From an archaeon (lineage in GTDB: Archaea > Asgardarchaeota > Thorarchaeia > Thorarchaeales > Thorarchaeaceae), in the NCBI GenBank assembly GCA_024276825.1, contig JAJRWI010000079.1, positions 32,001 to 96,000 of the forward strand: a stretch of 64,000 bases of DNA. Direction: 5' to 3'. Shown here in pieces: positions 29,113-38,515 of this stretch; position 1 is the first letter of the stretch, and every line of letters begins with the position of its first letter. The notes beneath the pieces are model-generated. The model was not told the DNA's origin. It ran no database searches and saw only the letters and a list, made by a program, of their open reading frames with translations. The position numbers were made by a program, and so were the translations under genes.

Positions 29113-30657
29113 TCATCGACTTTTCATTTTAATTACTATAATCACTATGACAATTGCCATACCACCAATTATTGACAGGGCCAGTGGCAAGTCAAGGGCA
29201 GGTGCCGGTGATTCGGAGGTGGGACCTGTTGTGGTTGTGGACTCAATGGTTGGGGCATAGAGAACGAATCGGGCATAACTCCACACACCCTCATCATTTT
29301 TTGCATAGACTTCAAGAACATGCATTCCATTCTCAGGAAGACCAGTCAATACAGTGGTATTTGCCATTCCATCCCAACAGTAATAATACTCCGTTGGAAC
29401 CTCACTGAAATATATCTCAGGGAGAGATCCTGCGGCCCGTTTACTACCATTCATCAATGCACGCATGCTAATCTCGATAGGTCCACTGAGTGGTAGTGAA
29501 TAGGGCGAGAAAACATCACCGTTCTGGTTAATGGGGTTGAATTCTACCTTGTTATTTGTGACATTGATGACAAGATAGTGATATGCAGCAACGCCCCATG
29601 GATTATCATAAAGAGGCGCACCCCCACCGCCTGAGATTATGTTGACAACCCCATTGACTGTTAGTCTGTCGAACGAGTGATCATGCCCTGCAATGAAGGC
29701 GGTGACATTAGTACTCTCAAAGAGGGTTTGAAGCATTGCACGTTCTGTCTTATTCACATCCATAGCGCTTCCAAGATGCTTCACGGGATAGAGAGGTCTG
29801 TGTGCAAATACAAACTTGTATTGAGCAGTACAGGTTTCAAGGTCATTAACAAGCCAGTCATATTGAGTTCCAGTGATTCGTCCTTCGAAACCGAGTTCCT
29901 CCGAGTCAAGTAGAGTGAAGTGGATTCCACCATAATCGAATGACGAGTATGTCATTGGTTCGTCATATAGGACAAAGGAATCAAGGAAATACTTGTCAAC
30001 CCTCTTGTTATTAATCAGTTCCACATCGTGATTTCCAACGACACCGTATATTGGGGCATAATGACCAATACGGTCAGTGATATTTGTGAAGGCCCCCCAC
30101 GACTCTAGATTCCATGACTCTGATTCTAAAACATCATAGACATAGTCTCCAGTCATAAGAACGAGATGTGGCTCCTCTGCAATTATCATGTCTGCCAGAG
30201 TTGAGAAGACCTCAGGCTGCACAGTTCCAGAGGAGGGTCTGTTATCACCAATAACAATGATCTTCACAGAGTAAGGGTCATCGGGTGCGGTCTTGAAGTG
30301 ATATACCTCACTCTCAGTGCCATTACTCCTTACCTTATACCAGTATTTAGAGTCGGGATTTAAAGATGAGATTCTGATGTAATGGTCCGTATCAAGAGTG
30401 CTATTACTCACAGTTTCAAGTATACTCTGGTTCAGACCATAGAACACGGTTGCATTAGTGGGAAGTGGAGTTCTCCAGAATAAGACTGCTGATTCATTTG
30501 TCACAAGATTCACTGTGGGACCACGAATGAAATAGGATTAATTTTGGGCCATGAAATGATCAATTTGAGCGGCTGGAACGGAACTCCCAATTGCAACAGC
30601 GAAAAATGGAGAGAAAAGCAGACTGATAATTATGACCTTCTCAACACCTATTCTCAA
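29113..30657 (-). pseudogene. Secreted purple-acid-phosphatase-like metallophosphoesterase (Fn3 + MPP), interrupted by in-frame TAA at 30538-30540
   Basis: GDNR, TGDYV, GNHD, FAHRP, GHDH motifs and C-terminal TM. The upstream in-frame signal peptide starts at TTG 30657 after a GGTGA SD. Confidence 0.75.
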
Positions 30658-30763
30658 ATAATTCACCTTGCATACAACATGCGCGGGTCTTTTTAAGAGC
30701 TCTCGTTGAGCGACCAATATGGCTGCGATACAGTTTTCAGTAAAAGCCCTATTGTGAGCATGA

Positions 30764-31681
30764 TTGAATATGTATGTCAAGATTAGGAGAGATGGAGCAC
30801 TTGGAATTGGCAGAGGATCAGAGGGTGATCGGGAGATAGCCATTGGCTATGGCGAGGCCCATATGATAGCTGCTGCTCTTGAGAAGTTGGCACAGACCGC
30901 GCGAAGCTTCAAGCAGACTTACAAAAAGACCACAGATGTTGGTGCAGGGAACAAAATCGAGTTCGTCAGAACGGAGAGTGGGACCCTATCAATCTCTGGT
31001 GATGGGAATACATTCTTCTGCACTGACGAAGAAGTGAATGAGCTTGCAAATGTACTGAAGAATCTTCCGCCAATAGAGGTAGCACCAGCGTCAAACTATG
31101 TTCAAAAAGTCACACCAAAAGACGGGTTCTGTATTAAAGTCACGAATAACAACAAAAGTATCATCTTGACCCTTCCCGAAGCAGCTGTCTTGAGAACGGC
31201 TGTTAAGGCAAGCCTGAACAGTAGATTCTATCATGAGTTGATAAAGATTGAAGACAGGACTCTTGGAGTCGAACGTTCGAGTGATCTGAAATGGGAGATA
31301 ATAGCAAATAACGAGTCCGTGAGATTTACCGCCTATGAGATAGAGGCATTGATTGCAGGACTTCATAATTCTATATTGGAAGTATTGATTGGCACTGTGA
31401 AGGCGAAAGGTTCTGATGATATCGCAGAGATTCGGTTCAAGAGTCTAATTCAGAGAATCGAGCAAGAGGCAACTGCCATATTAAAAGAACACAAGAAGGG
31501 AAAAGGCATTGTGAAAGAGATTGTGAAGTATTCTAAAAAGATTCTCGGAATTAGAACAGACGCCGAGATGCGTGCGATAACATTCATCGATTTATGCAAG
31601 TATATTCATTCAAAACTGGAACCACAATATGTGGGACCTCTTTTCAATATACTCACAATGACCATGATTTCAGAACCATGA
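30764..31681 (+). CDS. Hypothetical protein with four internal beta-beta-alpha repeats
   Basis: 305-aa ORF with repeated hxhxxxE(A/V/I)xxhxxxL helices. Confidence 0.7.
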   Translation: MNMYVKIRRDGALGIGRGSEGDREIAIGYGEAHMIAAALEKLAQTARSFKQTYKKTTDVGAGNKIEFVRTESGTLSISGDGNTFFCTDEEVNELANVLKNLPPIEVAPASNYVQKVTPKDGFCIKVTNNNKSIILTLPEAAVLRTAVKASLNSRFYHELIKIEDRTLGVERSSDLKWEIIANNESVRFTAYEIEALIAGLHNSILEVLIGTVKAKGSDDIAEIRFKSLIQRIEQEATAILKEHKKGKGIVKEIVKYSKKILGIRTDAEMRAITFIDLCKYIHSKLEPQYVGPLFNILTMTMISEP

Positions 31682-31705
31682 GAGATTGATTCACAACTCT
31701 TATGA

Positions 31706-32614
31706 GTGCCATATCCTGCAGTCTTCATTGGTAGAGGTGTTGATGTGCCAATCCAGTATATAAGGCAGCTGCAGAAGAGATGGGGATCAAAATCATTGCT
31801 TCAGTTTGTAAGGATGCTTGTTTTGCACAGAACACCCTTTGAAGATCTCCTTCAAAACATCTTTGATGCACTCGACACTTACAAAGCCAGATTTGCATTT
31901 CCTATTGTCGCCTCGATTGCCAGAATGCGGCCCGATCTTGTGCATATGATAATGCAAGAAGGACATGAGGTTGCAAGCCATGGGTTCAATCATTTGAGAT
32001 ATCCACAGTTAAGCCCAAGCCAACGTAAACGTGACTTGAAACAGAGCATCCATACTTTTGCAAGGATGGGTGTGAGTGTGAAAGGGTTTCGGGCCCCCTA
32101 TGACAATTATTCAGATGACATGCCAGCAATGATAGATGAGTTCAATTTTGTCTGGGATGGCGGTTTTGGATACAGACCAGAACATCGCACAAGGACTGAT
32201 TTCTTTAGAATTCAGACAGACAAAGGAAAGTCCAGGACCACATTCATTCCACTGAACTATTGGAGCGATGACAGAATGATTGACAAAATGCGTATGTCAT
32301 CCGAGATGATCTCAAAGATATTAAAGGCAGAGATACAAAAGGTGGCTTTGAAAGGAGGAGTAGTCATGTTTGATCTGCATCCGATACGTATTGGACAGAG
32401 TGAGTACGTGGGTTGTCTGAGAGATATTGTTGAATATACACATACTTTGGGGGGATGGGTTCCGACTCCGAGTAAGGCTGTGAGTCACTGGAACAAGAAT
32501 GGCTCATGGAAGAGTGGTACAAAGTTCTGCCTGCTGCTCACAGGGGATATTGATAATTGGGTCTTCTCAGATTATCTACGAAGACAGATATTGAAGCTTT
32601 ATGACAGGGGTTGA
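31706..32614 (+). CDS. Polysaccharide deacetylase (NodB/CE4) family
   Basis: GHEVASHGFNH, GFRAPY, FDLHP; the motif-1-like LLTGDID lies at the C-terminus. Confidence 0.85.
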   Translation: MPYPAVFIGRGVDVPIQYIRQLQKRWGSKSLLQFVRMLVLHRTPFEDLLQNIFDALDTYKARFAFPIVASIARMRPDLVHMIMQEGHEVASHGFNHLRYPQLSPSQRKRDLKQSIHTFARMGVSVKGFRAPYDNYSDDMPAMIDEFNFVWDGGFGYRPEHRTRTDFFRIQTDKGKSRTTFIPLNYWSDDRMIDKMRMSSEMISKILKAEIQKVALKGGVVMFDLHPIRIGQSEYVGCLRDIVEYTHTLGGWVPTPSKAVSHWNKNGSWKSGTKFCLLLTGDIDNWVFSDYLRRQILKLYDRG

Positions 32615-33072
32615 CATTATTGGGAAAAGCACTTGGCAGAATCTGGCGAATAATCGCATGGCTTGCTCCTATGCATCAGCTGCGAGTTGCAGCTCATCGA
32701 AAATGTGGAGTGGAGATTGGAAAAGGCGTGTTTATTGGAGCCAATGTGATGATTGATAGCGAGCACCCCGAATATGTTGAGATAAGGGACTATGTGGCAA
32801 TAGGACCAGGCGCAATGATAATGGCTCATGGTGGGGCAAGTAAACTGCACCAGAGAATGGGGCTATTTTCCCAACCACCACAAAAGATCGTGATTGAGAA
32901 GGGGGCATGGATAGCAGCTGGTGCCATCATTCTTCCCGGGGTCACAGTTGGGAAAGGGGCTATTGTTGCAGCAGGTGCAGTAGTCAGCAGAGATGTTCCA
33001 CCCATGACTATGGTAGTGGGTAACCCAGCACGAGTGGTTCAAAAACTCGAAACTGCAGATATAGATGATTAG
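32611..33072 (+). CDS. Hexapeptide-repeat (LbH) acyltransferase
   Basis: GVEIGKGVFIG, IVIEKGAWIAAGAIILPGVTVG, VVSRDVPP..MVVGNPAR. Confidence 0.92.
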   Translation: MTLLGKALGRIWRIIAWLAPMHQLRVAAHRKCGVEIGKGVFIGANVMIDSEHPEYVEIRDYVAIGPGAMIMAHGGASKLHQRMGLFSQPPQKIVIEKGAWIAAGAIILPGVTVGKGAIVAAGAVVSRDVPPMTMVVGNPARVVQKLETADIDD

Positions 33073-33302
33073 ACCTTGCTTGCAAGTACTCTCTTGAGGT
33101 CTCCAACGGTCCAAATATCAACTACCTCTTCATCATCGAAAGTCACACCAAAGGCATTCTCAATCTCACTGATCAAAATTAGGTGGGCCATCGAGTCCCA
33201 AGGCTCGTAGTCCTTTCTTCGGAGCTCATCACTGATCTCATCCTTGTCAATAAGTAGCACGAGAGAGATTATTTCATTAACGCGTTCATCAATGTCGTTC
33301 AA
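33069..33302 (-). CDS. Acyl carrier protein
   Basis: Acidic 77 aa with the WDSMAHL phosphopantetheinylation site and IENAFGVTF. Confidence 0.92.
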   Translation of the reverse strand: MNDIDERVNEIISLVLLIDKDEISDELRRKDYEPWDSMAHLILISEIENAFGVTFDDEEVVDIWTVGDLKRVLASKV

Positions 33303-33305
33303 AGT

Positions 33306-35135
33306 TCATCCCTCGGTCAGTTCTATCCACTCGGGAACATCAACCATTTTCTCTTCAAGATCAAGGGTCCATTCAGTCGCCCCATCGGAGGTCTCCTTGG
33401 ACTTGACAAAGCCATGACGTTCATAAAAGTCTGAGGCGGGAGGATTCTTCTTAGTGGGAATATACTCACCGATGACTCTCTTTGCACCTGCTGAACGTGC
33501 ATCATTGATGATTTTCGCAAGAAATGCGGTCTCAACAGATCTGCCAATTACCCGACAGCTCATCAGGAAGGAGTCAATCCGCCAAGTGTCTGCATCCCTC
33601 TTTATAATCGCAACTCCCACAATACCCTCATCACCAAAGCGATCAGTCACAGACATGCTATAAACAACCCAGTCTTCCGAGTCCCTGAAACCCTGCACTT
33701 CTGCATGAGTATATCGCTTTGTTGTGAGGTTGAACTGGTTGGTCTTACCTATCATCTGCACCACACGAGGCATGTTAAAATCAGATACTTCCTGCACATG
33801 GACCTTGAGTTCAAGAGTGCGTAAGAAGTCCTCAAGAGAGGCCGCTTTTCGCTCCAACTCGGCACGCTTTCTACGACCAACATACATCTCTCCACGTGCG
33901 AGGTCTTCCTTGGTCAATGTGAGAACATCAAACACATTCAGTCTCTCAATGGTCGCCCGATAGAGCCGCGGATTCTCAGGCATCTCGACAACCAGCACCT
34001 CAGGAAGAGCCTGTCTGACCTGTGCCCGTTCAACAGGATTGTCATCAATGAACACCATGGAATCAAGACCTATATTGATCTCTTGTGCCAGCTCAATCAT
34101 GTTCTGTGCCTTGTTTTGCCAGTTGATTCTGAGAGCAGCAAAATGTTCCTCCCGTAATACCTGATAGGGATGCTCCCTGAGCACCTTGATGGCATCATCA
34201 AAGTTGTTCTTACTGTTAACAGCCAGAATAATTCCTCGATTGTACAGGCTCAGTAATGTCCTTTGGAACTCAAGATACTCGATACCTGGAGATGTTGTTC
34301 CAAGCTTGATTCCTTCCAATCCATCCTCACCAATTATGCCGCCCCAGAGGGTGTTGTCCAAATCTAAGACAATACATTTCTTCGAGAGACCTTTCAACGC
34401 ACGGACATAACGAACATATTCATCAGCAAGAAAAGGCATGAAGTCTGCGCTGAACGAAACTGAACCACGATAGAACGTGTTCCAGTCAACAAGTCGTGAC
34501 TTTCCAAAATCGGAGGCAATGGCATCAAGGTCCACAACATGGATTCTGTCAGTGGTCCTGAGAGCATCAATTAATCTGGCGTTGGCCTGTTGAAAGAACT
34601 CGCGAAGTCCAAGAACCTGCTTCGAGTCAACAATGCCAAGCGGGGTGAAAACAGGAATCAGAAAGTTGTTCACAAGCACCAGTGCAGAACTATTCTGTTC
34701 TAATGCTTGGGCGACATTTAGAACTTCATTCGTAATGTTGTCAACCAGAGTTTCACGGTCTTCAGTGTTCATTCTAGGAAATGATGACAGAAAGTCTTGA
34801 TCTAAAAGAGACCATGCATCAATAGCCAGTATTACAACATCTGGATTATGCGAATAGAGTGATGATGATGGATTTAGCGCTTCTTGGCGATAAGTGTTAA
34901 AGCCACCAACAAAGGTATCCACATGTAGACCTAATAGGCGAACCTTGATGTCTATACAGGCTGCAAGAGGTTCGAGAGTTGATGACCCAATCACCGCAAG
35001 ACGCACAATTCTGCTTGAATCTTCAGGAGGAGTGACCTCAAGGCGCTCTATCTTCTTATATGCACTCCACAGATTAAGATAGGTCTGCGTCTCACGGACT
35101 GAGTCGAGGATTTTTTTCAAGGCATCATCACTCAT
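33306..35135 (-). CDS. fkbH: FkbH-like HAD-IIIC glyceryl transferase/phosphatase
   Basis: KCIVLDLDNTLWGG, SKNN, FIDDNPVER, KTNQFNLT, DRFGDEG, FLMSCRVIGR. Confidence 0.93.
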   Translation of the reverse strand: MSDDALKKILDSVRETQTYLNLWSAYKKIERLEVTPPEDSSRIVRLAVIGSSTLEPLAACIDIKVRLLGLHVDTFVGGFNTYRQEALNPSSSLYSHNPDVVILAIDAWSLLDQDFLSSFPRMNTEDRETLVDNITNEVLNVAQALEQNSSALVLVNNFLIPVFTPLGIVDSKQVLGLREFFQQANARLIDALRTTDRIHVVDLDAIASDFGKSRLVDWNTFYRGSVSFSADFMPFLADEYVRYVRALKGLSKKCIVLDLDNTLWGGIIGEDGLEGIKLGTTSPGIEYLEFQRTLLSLYNRGIILAVNSKNNFDDAIKVLREHPYQVLREEHFAALRINWQNKAQNMIELAQEINIGLDSMVFIDDNPVERAQVRQALPEVLVVEMPENPRLYRATIERLNVFDVLTLTKEDLARGEMYVGRRKRAELERKAASLEDFLRTLELKVHVQEVSDFNMPRVVQMIGKTNQFNLTTKRYTHAEVQGFRDSEDWVVYSMSVTDRFGDEGIVGVAIIKRDADTWRIDSFLMSCRVIGRSVETAFLAKIINDARSAGAKRVIGEYIPTKKNPPASDFYERHGFVKSKETSDGATEWTLDLEEKMVDVPEWIELTEG

Positions 35136-35140
35136 TCAAA

Positions 35141-35584
35141 TCACTCCTTTTCATTCAGCTGACTCATAGCATCTATCAACATGCTTCCAATAGTTGCAGG
35201 TGGCAATTGAAGGTCTTTTGATAAGTTAATTGCAACTGCTATCGCATGCGTTTTTGAATGCGATAATGACACATGGATTCTGTCGGATTCTTCACCAAAC
35301 ATCTTAACATAGGGCTTCCCATTGGCCCTCCTAAGTATCTCTACAGACTTGTAAGGAATCACATCATTGGCACCAACTGTTTTTATCACAGCCTCCTTAC
35401 CTGCAAAGTTGGCAGCAAGGTGAGGGGCAGGTTCAGCGAAGCTGAAGATGTATAGCATCTCATCATTTGAGAATATTCGCTTGACGAAGGGCGATTCCGA
35501 ATGAAGGTCTTTGAAGCGTTCAATCTTTATAATATCAGCTCCCACGGAGACCTCTCTATTTGATGTGCCATCGAAATCTGCCAA
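35141..35584 (-). CDS. acpS: Holo-ACP synthase (4'-phosphopantetheinyl transferase)
   Basis: VGADIIKIERF, RIFS..E, LAANFAGKEAVIK, GKPY, VSLSHS. Confidence 0.92.
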   Translation of the reverse strand: MADFDGTSNREVSVGADIIKIERFKDLHSESPFVKRIFSNDEMLYIFSFAEPAPHLAANFAGKEAVIKTVGANDVIPYKSVEILRRANGKPYVKMFGEESDRIHVSLSHSKTHAIAVAINLSKDLQLPPATIGSMLIDAMSQLNEKE

Positions 35585-35643
35585 CTTGACTCGAAGTAAA
35601 CAGAGATGTTAGTCTTATAATAATATAGAAACAATATGGAAGG

Positions 35644-37077
35644 TCATTGCCCCCTTTGAATGATTGCTGTGGACCAAGGATATTTTTCAAGAATATCATT
35701 AATTAGTCGTGACACCTTATTCTCCTCAGAGGTTCCCAAATAGACCAGAATCACAACTTTTCCGCCACGAGTCCTTTTGAACTTCTGATACATGGTCTTT
35801 GTCGTGCTGATAACGTCACAGACCACCATTACTTCTGCCTGAGGTATGTCGAGGTCACGCTCGCCCACAGGTGACATGACAAGAGCGTTGATATTCTTGT
35901 TCTCCTTAAACTCGCGTAGAACCGAACCCTTGTCATTGGTTGACCCGGTGATTGTAAGGGTTTCAAGACCTTTTGATGTTAATAGATGTTTGATCTGGCG
36001 GACCATTGCAATGTATGAGGTGAGAACCAGAGTTTTTTTGTGTTTCATGGCAATCTCAAGTACCTTAACCGCCTTTGATGATACTCTTGGCAGAGTCTTT
36101 CTCAGACTCGCAATGTCAAAATAGTGGCTGAGAAAGTCGCCTCTAAACTGGCGCAGGAAGCTATGAGGAGGCATAGCAAAGACATATCGCCGTAGCATCA
36201 GAAGACCCGAATATCTTGCCTTGAGTTCTTCATCAATTGGCAGGCGATCAAGCATCAGATGCACTCTGCGAGGGTCATCATCAACAAGATGGACCTGACC
36301 AAAATCATCGAGCTCTTGTAATATCTCATCCCTTGTGGACTTGATCAATGTGTCAAGAGCAAGAACAATCCCTCGTATCTTGGAATCACTGACTAGTAAA
36401 ACAGTGAGGAATGTGGGCTCAAGATGTTCCAAAACATCCGTGTTTAATATCTCATCCATTGTGATCACTTGCGAGTTAGGAATGTGTTGCTGTAATGTCA
36501 ACAGCTCCTTGCGTATCTCCAGCTGCTCGCTAGTGAACACAGCATGCTCATCGCGAAGAGTGCCACTCATGCCAATGATCCACTTTTCTCTAAAGAAGTG
36601 TAGAATGACTGGCCAGGGAAAGACTATTGTGGTTCTACCGCCAGCTCGCCTTGCTAATGTGTCAACCTCGTTGATGAGAAGCATCTGAAACTGTTCAACA
36701 ATCTCAGGATATTGTTCTATCATCTTTGCGAGAATTTGAGGAGTTGATACAATAACGCGTTTCTCCTTGAGAACATAGGGTCTTATGGATGAGGGGACAT
36801 GAGACGATAGCTCTCCAATCTCATCATCAAGGCCAGTATATTCGTGCTTTAAATAATCAACAGTTTCAGCAAGTGAGGATGATGAATGAACGACGATGAT
36901 CACGCGAGTATTCGGAAATCTCTGAGAAACCAGCTGGTGAGTGATAAACCTCTTCCCAAGTCCGCAGTCTAACTCCACAAGGACATTAGTCCCCTGTAAT
37001 TTGACTAACCTGTCAAGAATGTGTCGCTGGTATCCCCGTGGAGTGTAATCGGTCGTGTTCCTCATCTCCAGACTCAA
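35644..37077 (-). CDS. SF2 helicase-like protein (Hef/Mph1/ERCC4-like) with degenerate motifs
   Basis: PRGYQ Q-motif, LDCGLGKR, VSTPQ, INEVD, IGMSGT, GERDLDIP. Confidence 0.75.
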   Translation of the reverse strand: MSLEMRNTTDYTPRGYQRHILDRLVKLQGTNVLVELDCGLGKRFITHQLVSQRFPNTRVIIVVHSSSSLAETVDYLKHEYTGLDDEIGELSSHVPSSIRPYVLKEKRVIVSTPQILAKMIEQYPEIVEQFQMLLINEVDTLARRAGGRTTIVFPWPVILHFFREKWIIGMSGTLRDEHAVFTSEQLEIRKELLTLQQHIPNSQVITMDEILNTDVLEHLEPTFLTVLLVSDSKIRGIVLALDTLIKSTRDEILQELDDFGQVHLVDDDPRRVHLMLDRLPIDEELKARYSGLLMLRRYVFAMPPHSFLRQFRGDFLSHYFDIASLRKTLPRVSSKAVKVLEIAMKHKKTLVLTSYIAMVRQIKHLLTSKGLETLTITGSTNDKGSVLREFKENKNINALVMSPVGERDLDIPQAEVMVVCDVISTTKTMYQKFKRTRGGKVVILVYLGTSEENKVSRLINDILEKYPWSTAIIQRGQ

Positions 37078-37120
37078 TTCTCATTATCCATGAATGACTC
37101 AGACTCACTGTTAAAGTCCA

Positions 37121-37519
37121 CTAGAAACTCTTGAAAACCTTTGCAATTGCAGGTCCCTTAACATGCATGCGAAACTCATTGAGACCTTCAGGGACTATAT
37201 GAACAGGAAACCCTCGCTCTACAAGACGTGATTTGACCTCAAAGATTATCTCATTTGCTAGTTCGGGTGGTGCCTTGCTCTCTGCAATATGAGCAAAGGA
37301 GTGAAGAACAATGTTCTCACAACCAGTCTTTTTTGACATCCATCTGATGTTCTTGACCATCTTTCTGAGGACGGCGATCTTGTCATCAACATCCTTTTCT
37401 TCTGCCTGAATCCAGACAAGGAGAGTTTCGCCAAAGGGCACGCCCTCGGATTCAGGAGCCGAATGCGGCCGATACCAGAACTCTTCAAGATGAAACATTA
37501 GGATCTTCAACTTAATCAC
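37121..37519 (-). CDS. Stand-alone archaeal ThrRS editing-domain-like protein
   Basis: KILMFH..EFWY, IQAEEKD, IVLHSFAHI..SKA.PE, VKG....KVFK. Confidence 0.8.
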   Translation of the reverse strand: MIKLKILMFHLEEFWYRPHSAPESEGVPFGETLLVWIQAEEKDVDDKIAVLRKMVKNIRWMSKKTGCENIVLHSFAHIAESKAPPELANEIIFEVKSRLVERGFPVHIVPEGLNEFRMHVKGPAIAKVFKSF

Positions 37520-37525
37520 TATCTC

Positions 37526-38410
37526 CTACAGGTGCTCGCCTTCTGTTGGCGTTTCGGACTCGTTGGCCTCATTCATGTGAACTCGCGATCCTTCAATCAC
37601 AGGACGCTTCAGGACACCACTGATGTCAATCTCCGCTTCAATGTCCTTTCGTGGAATCGCCTTGCCATGAACCCATATGTGATTATCAGGAATCTTCTTG
37701 TCCTTGGGCACTACAGTGTTCGCTCCAATGATGACATTGTTGCCAATATCAGCACCAGGGAGAATTACTGCATTTGCTCCGATAGTGACATTATTGCCAA
37801 GCTTGACTGTCTTCAGATAAAGGCGAGTGCCCTCATATACATGACCACTCAGAATTGCATCATAGCCAAAAAAGCAGTTGTTGCCAATAATTGTGCGCTC
37901 GGGGTTGAACAGCCGACCATTACCCACGATTGTGTTCTTTCCAATCTTGGCACCAAAGAGGGTGTGTCTTGGTTTGGTGTCAAAGAATATTGTAAAGAAG
38001 CCTGCAAAGTACGGAAACAGAATATAATATACTTCGAAAAATTCATACAACAACCACTTCTCGGTTTCTGCCTCATAATACCCATCTTCTAAGAAGGGGA
38101 TGCCTCGCCTTGAGAGCTTAAACATCATCACAAGAAAGCCAAGAAAGACCCCATAGCAGATCAAACCGATTGGGACAAAAAATACGATGAACCAAAAGTA
38201 GTCTGCAACAAATGGGGGAAGTAAGGGACCAAATGTGATCAGGAACCAGTCCTTTATTGCTGTGAACGGCCAGCCAAATGCAGTTATGAAGGCTTCAAAA
38301 TTCTGCAGGCAGAAAGCAAACAGGAAAATTGCAGGAAGAGCTGAAATGGTCAGACTCACCAGTATTGAGAGTACCATGTAGATACTATATGCGATTGTAC
38401 GAATCTTCAA
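37526..38410 (-). CDS. Membrane-bound hexapeptide-repeat acyltransferase
   Basis: N-terminal TM helices, LFGAKIGKN, LSGHVYEG..LYL..VKLGNNVTIGANAVILPG. Confidence 0.85.
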   Translation of the reverse strand: MKIRTIAYSIYMVLSILVSLTISALPAIFLFAFCLQNFEAFITAFGWPFTAIKDWFLITFGPLLPPFVADYFWFIVFFVPIGLICYGVFLGFLVMMFKLSRRGIPFLEDGYYEAETEKWLLYEFFEVYYILFPYFAGFFTIFFDTKPRHTLFGAKIGKNTIVGNGRLFNPERTIIGNNCFFGYDAILSGHVYEGTRLYLKTVKLGNNVTIGANAVILPGADIGNNVIIGANTVVPKDKKIPDNHIWVHGKAIPRKDIEAEIDISGVLKRPVIEGSRVHMNEANESETPTEGEHL

Positions 38411-38515
38411 AGGGGCATCTCCTTGAAATTCTTACAGAACATCCTCCAATTTGAAAGTTGCTCCTTGTTCAGAAATAATTATAGAGGCATCATTGTTGTG
38501 ATGGTCAGTGTCTAG

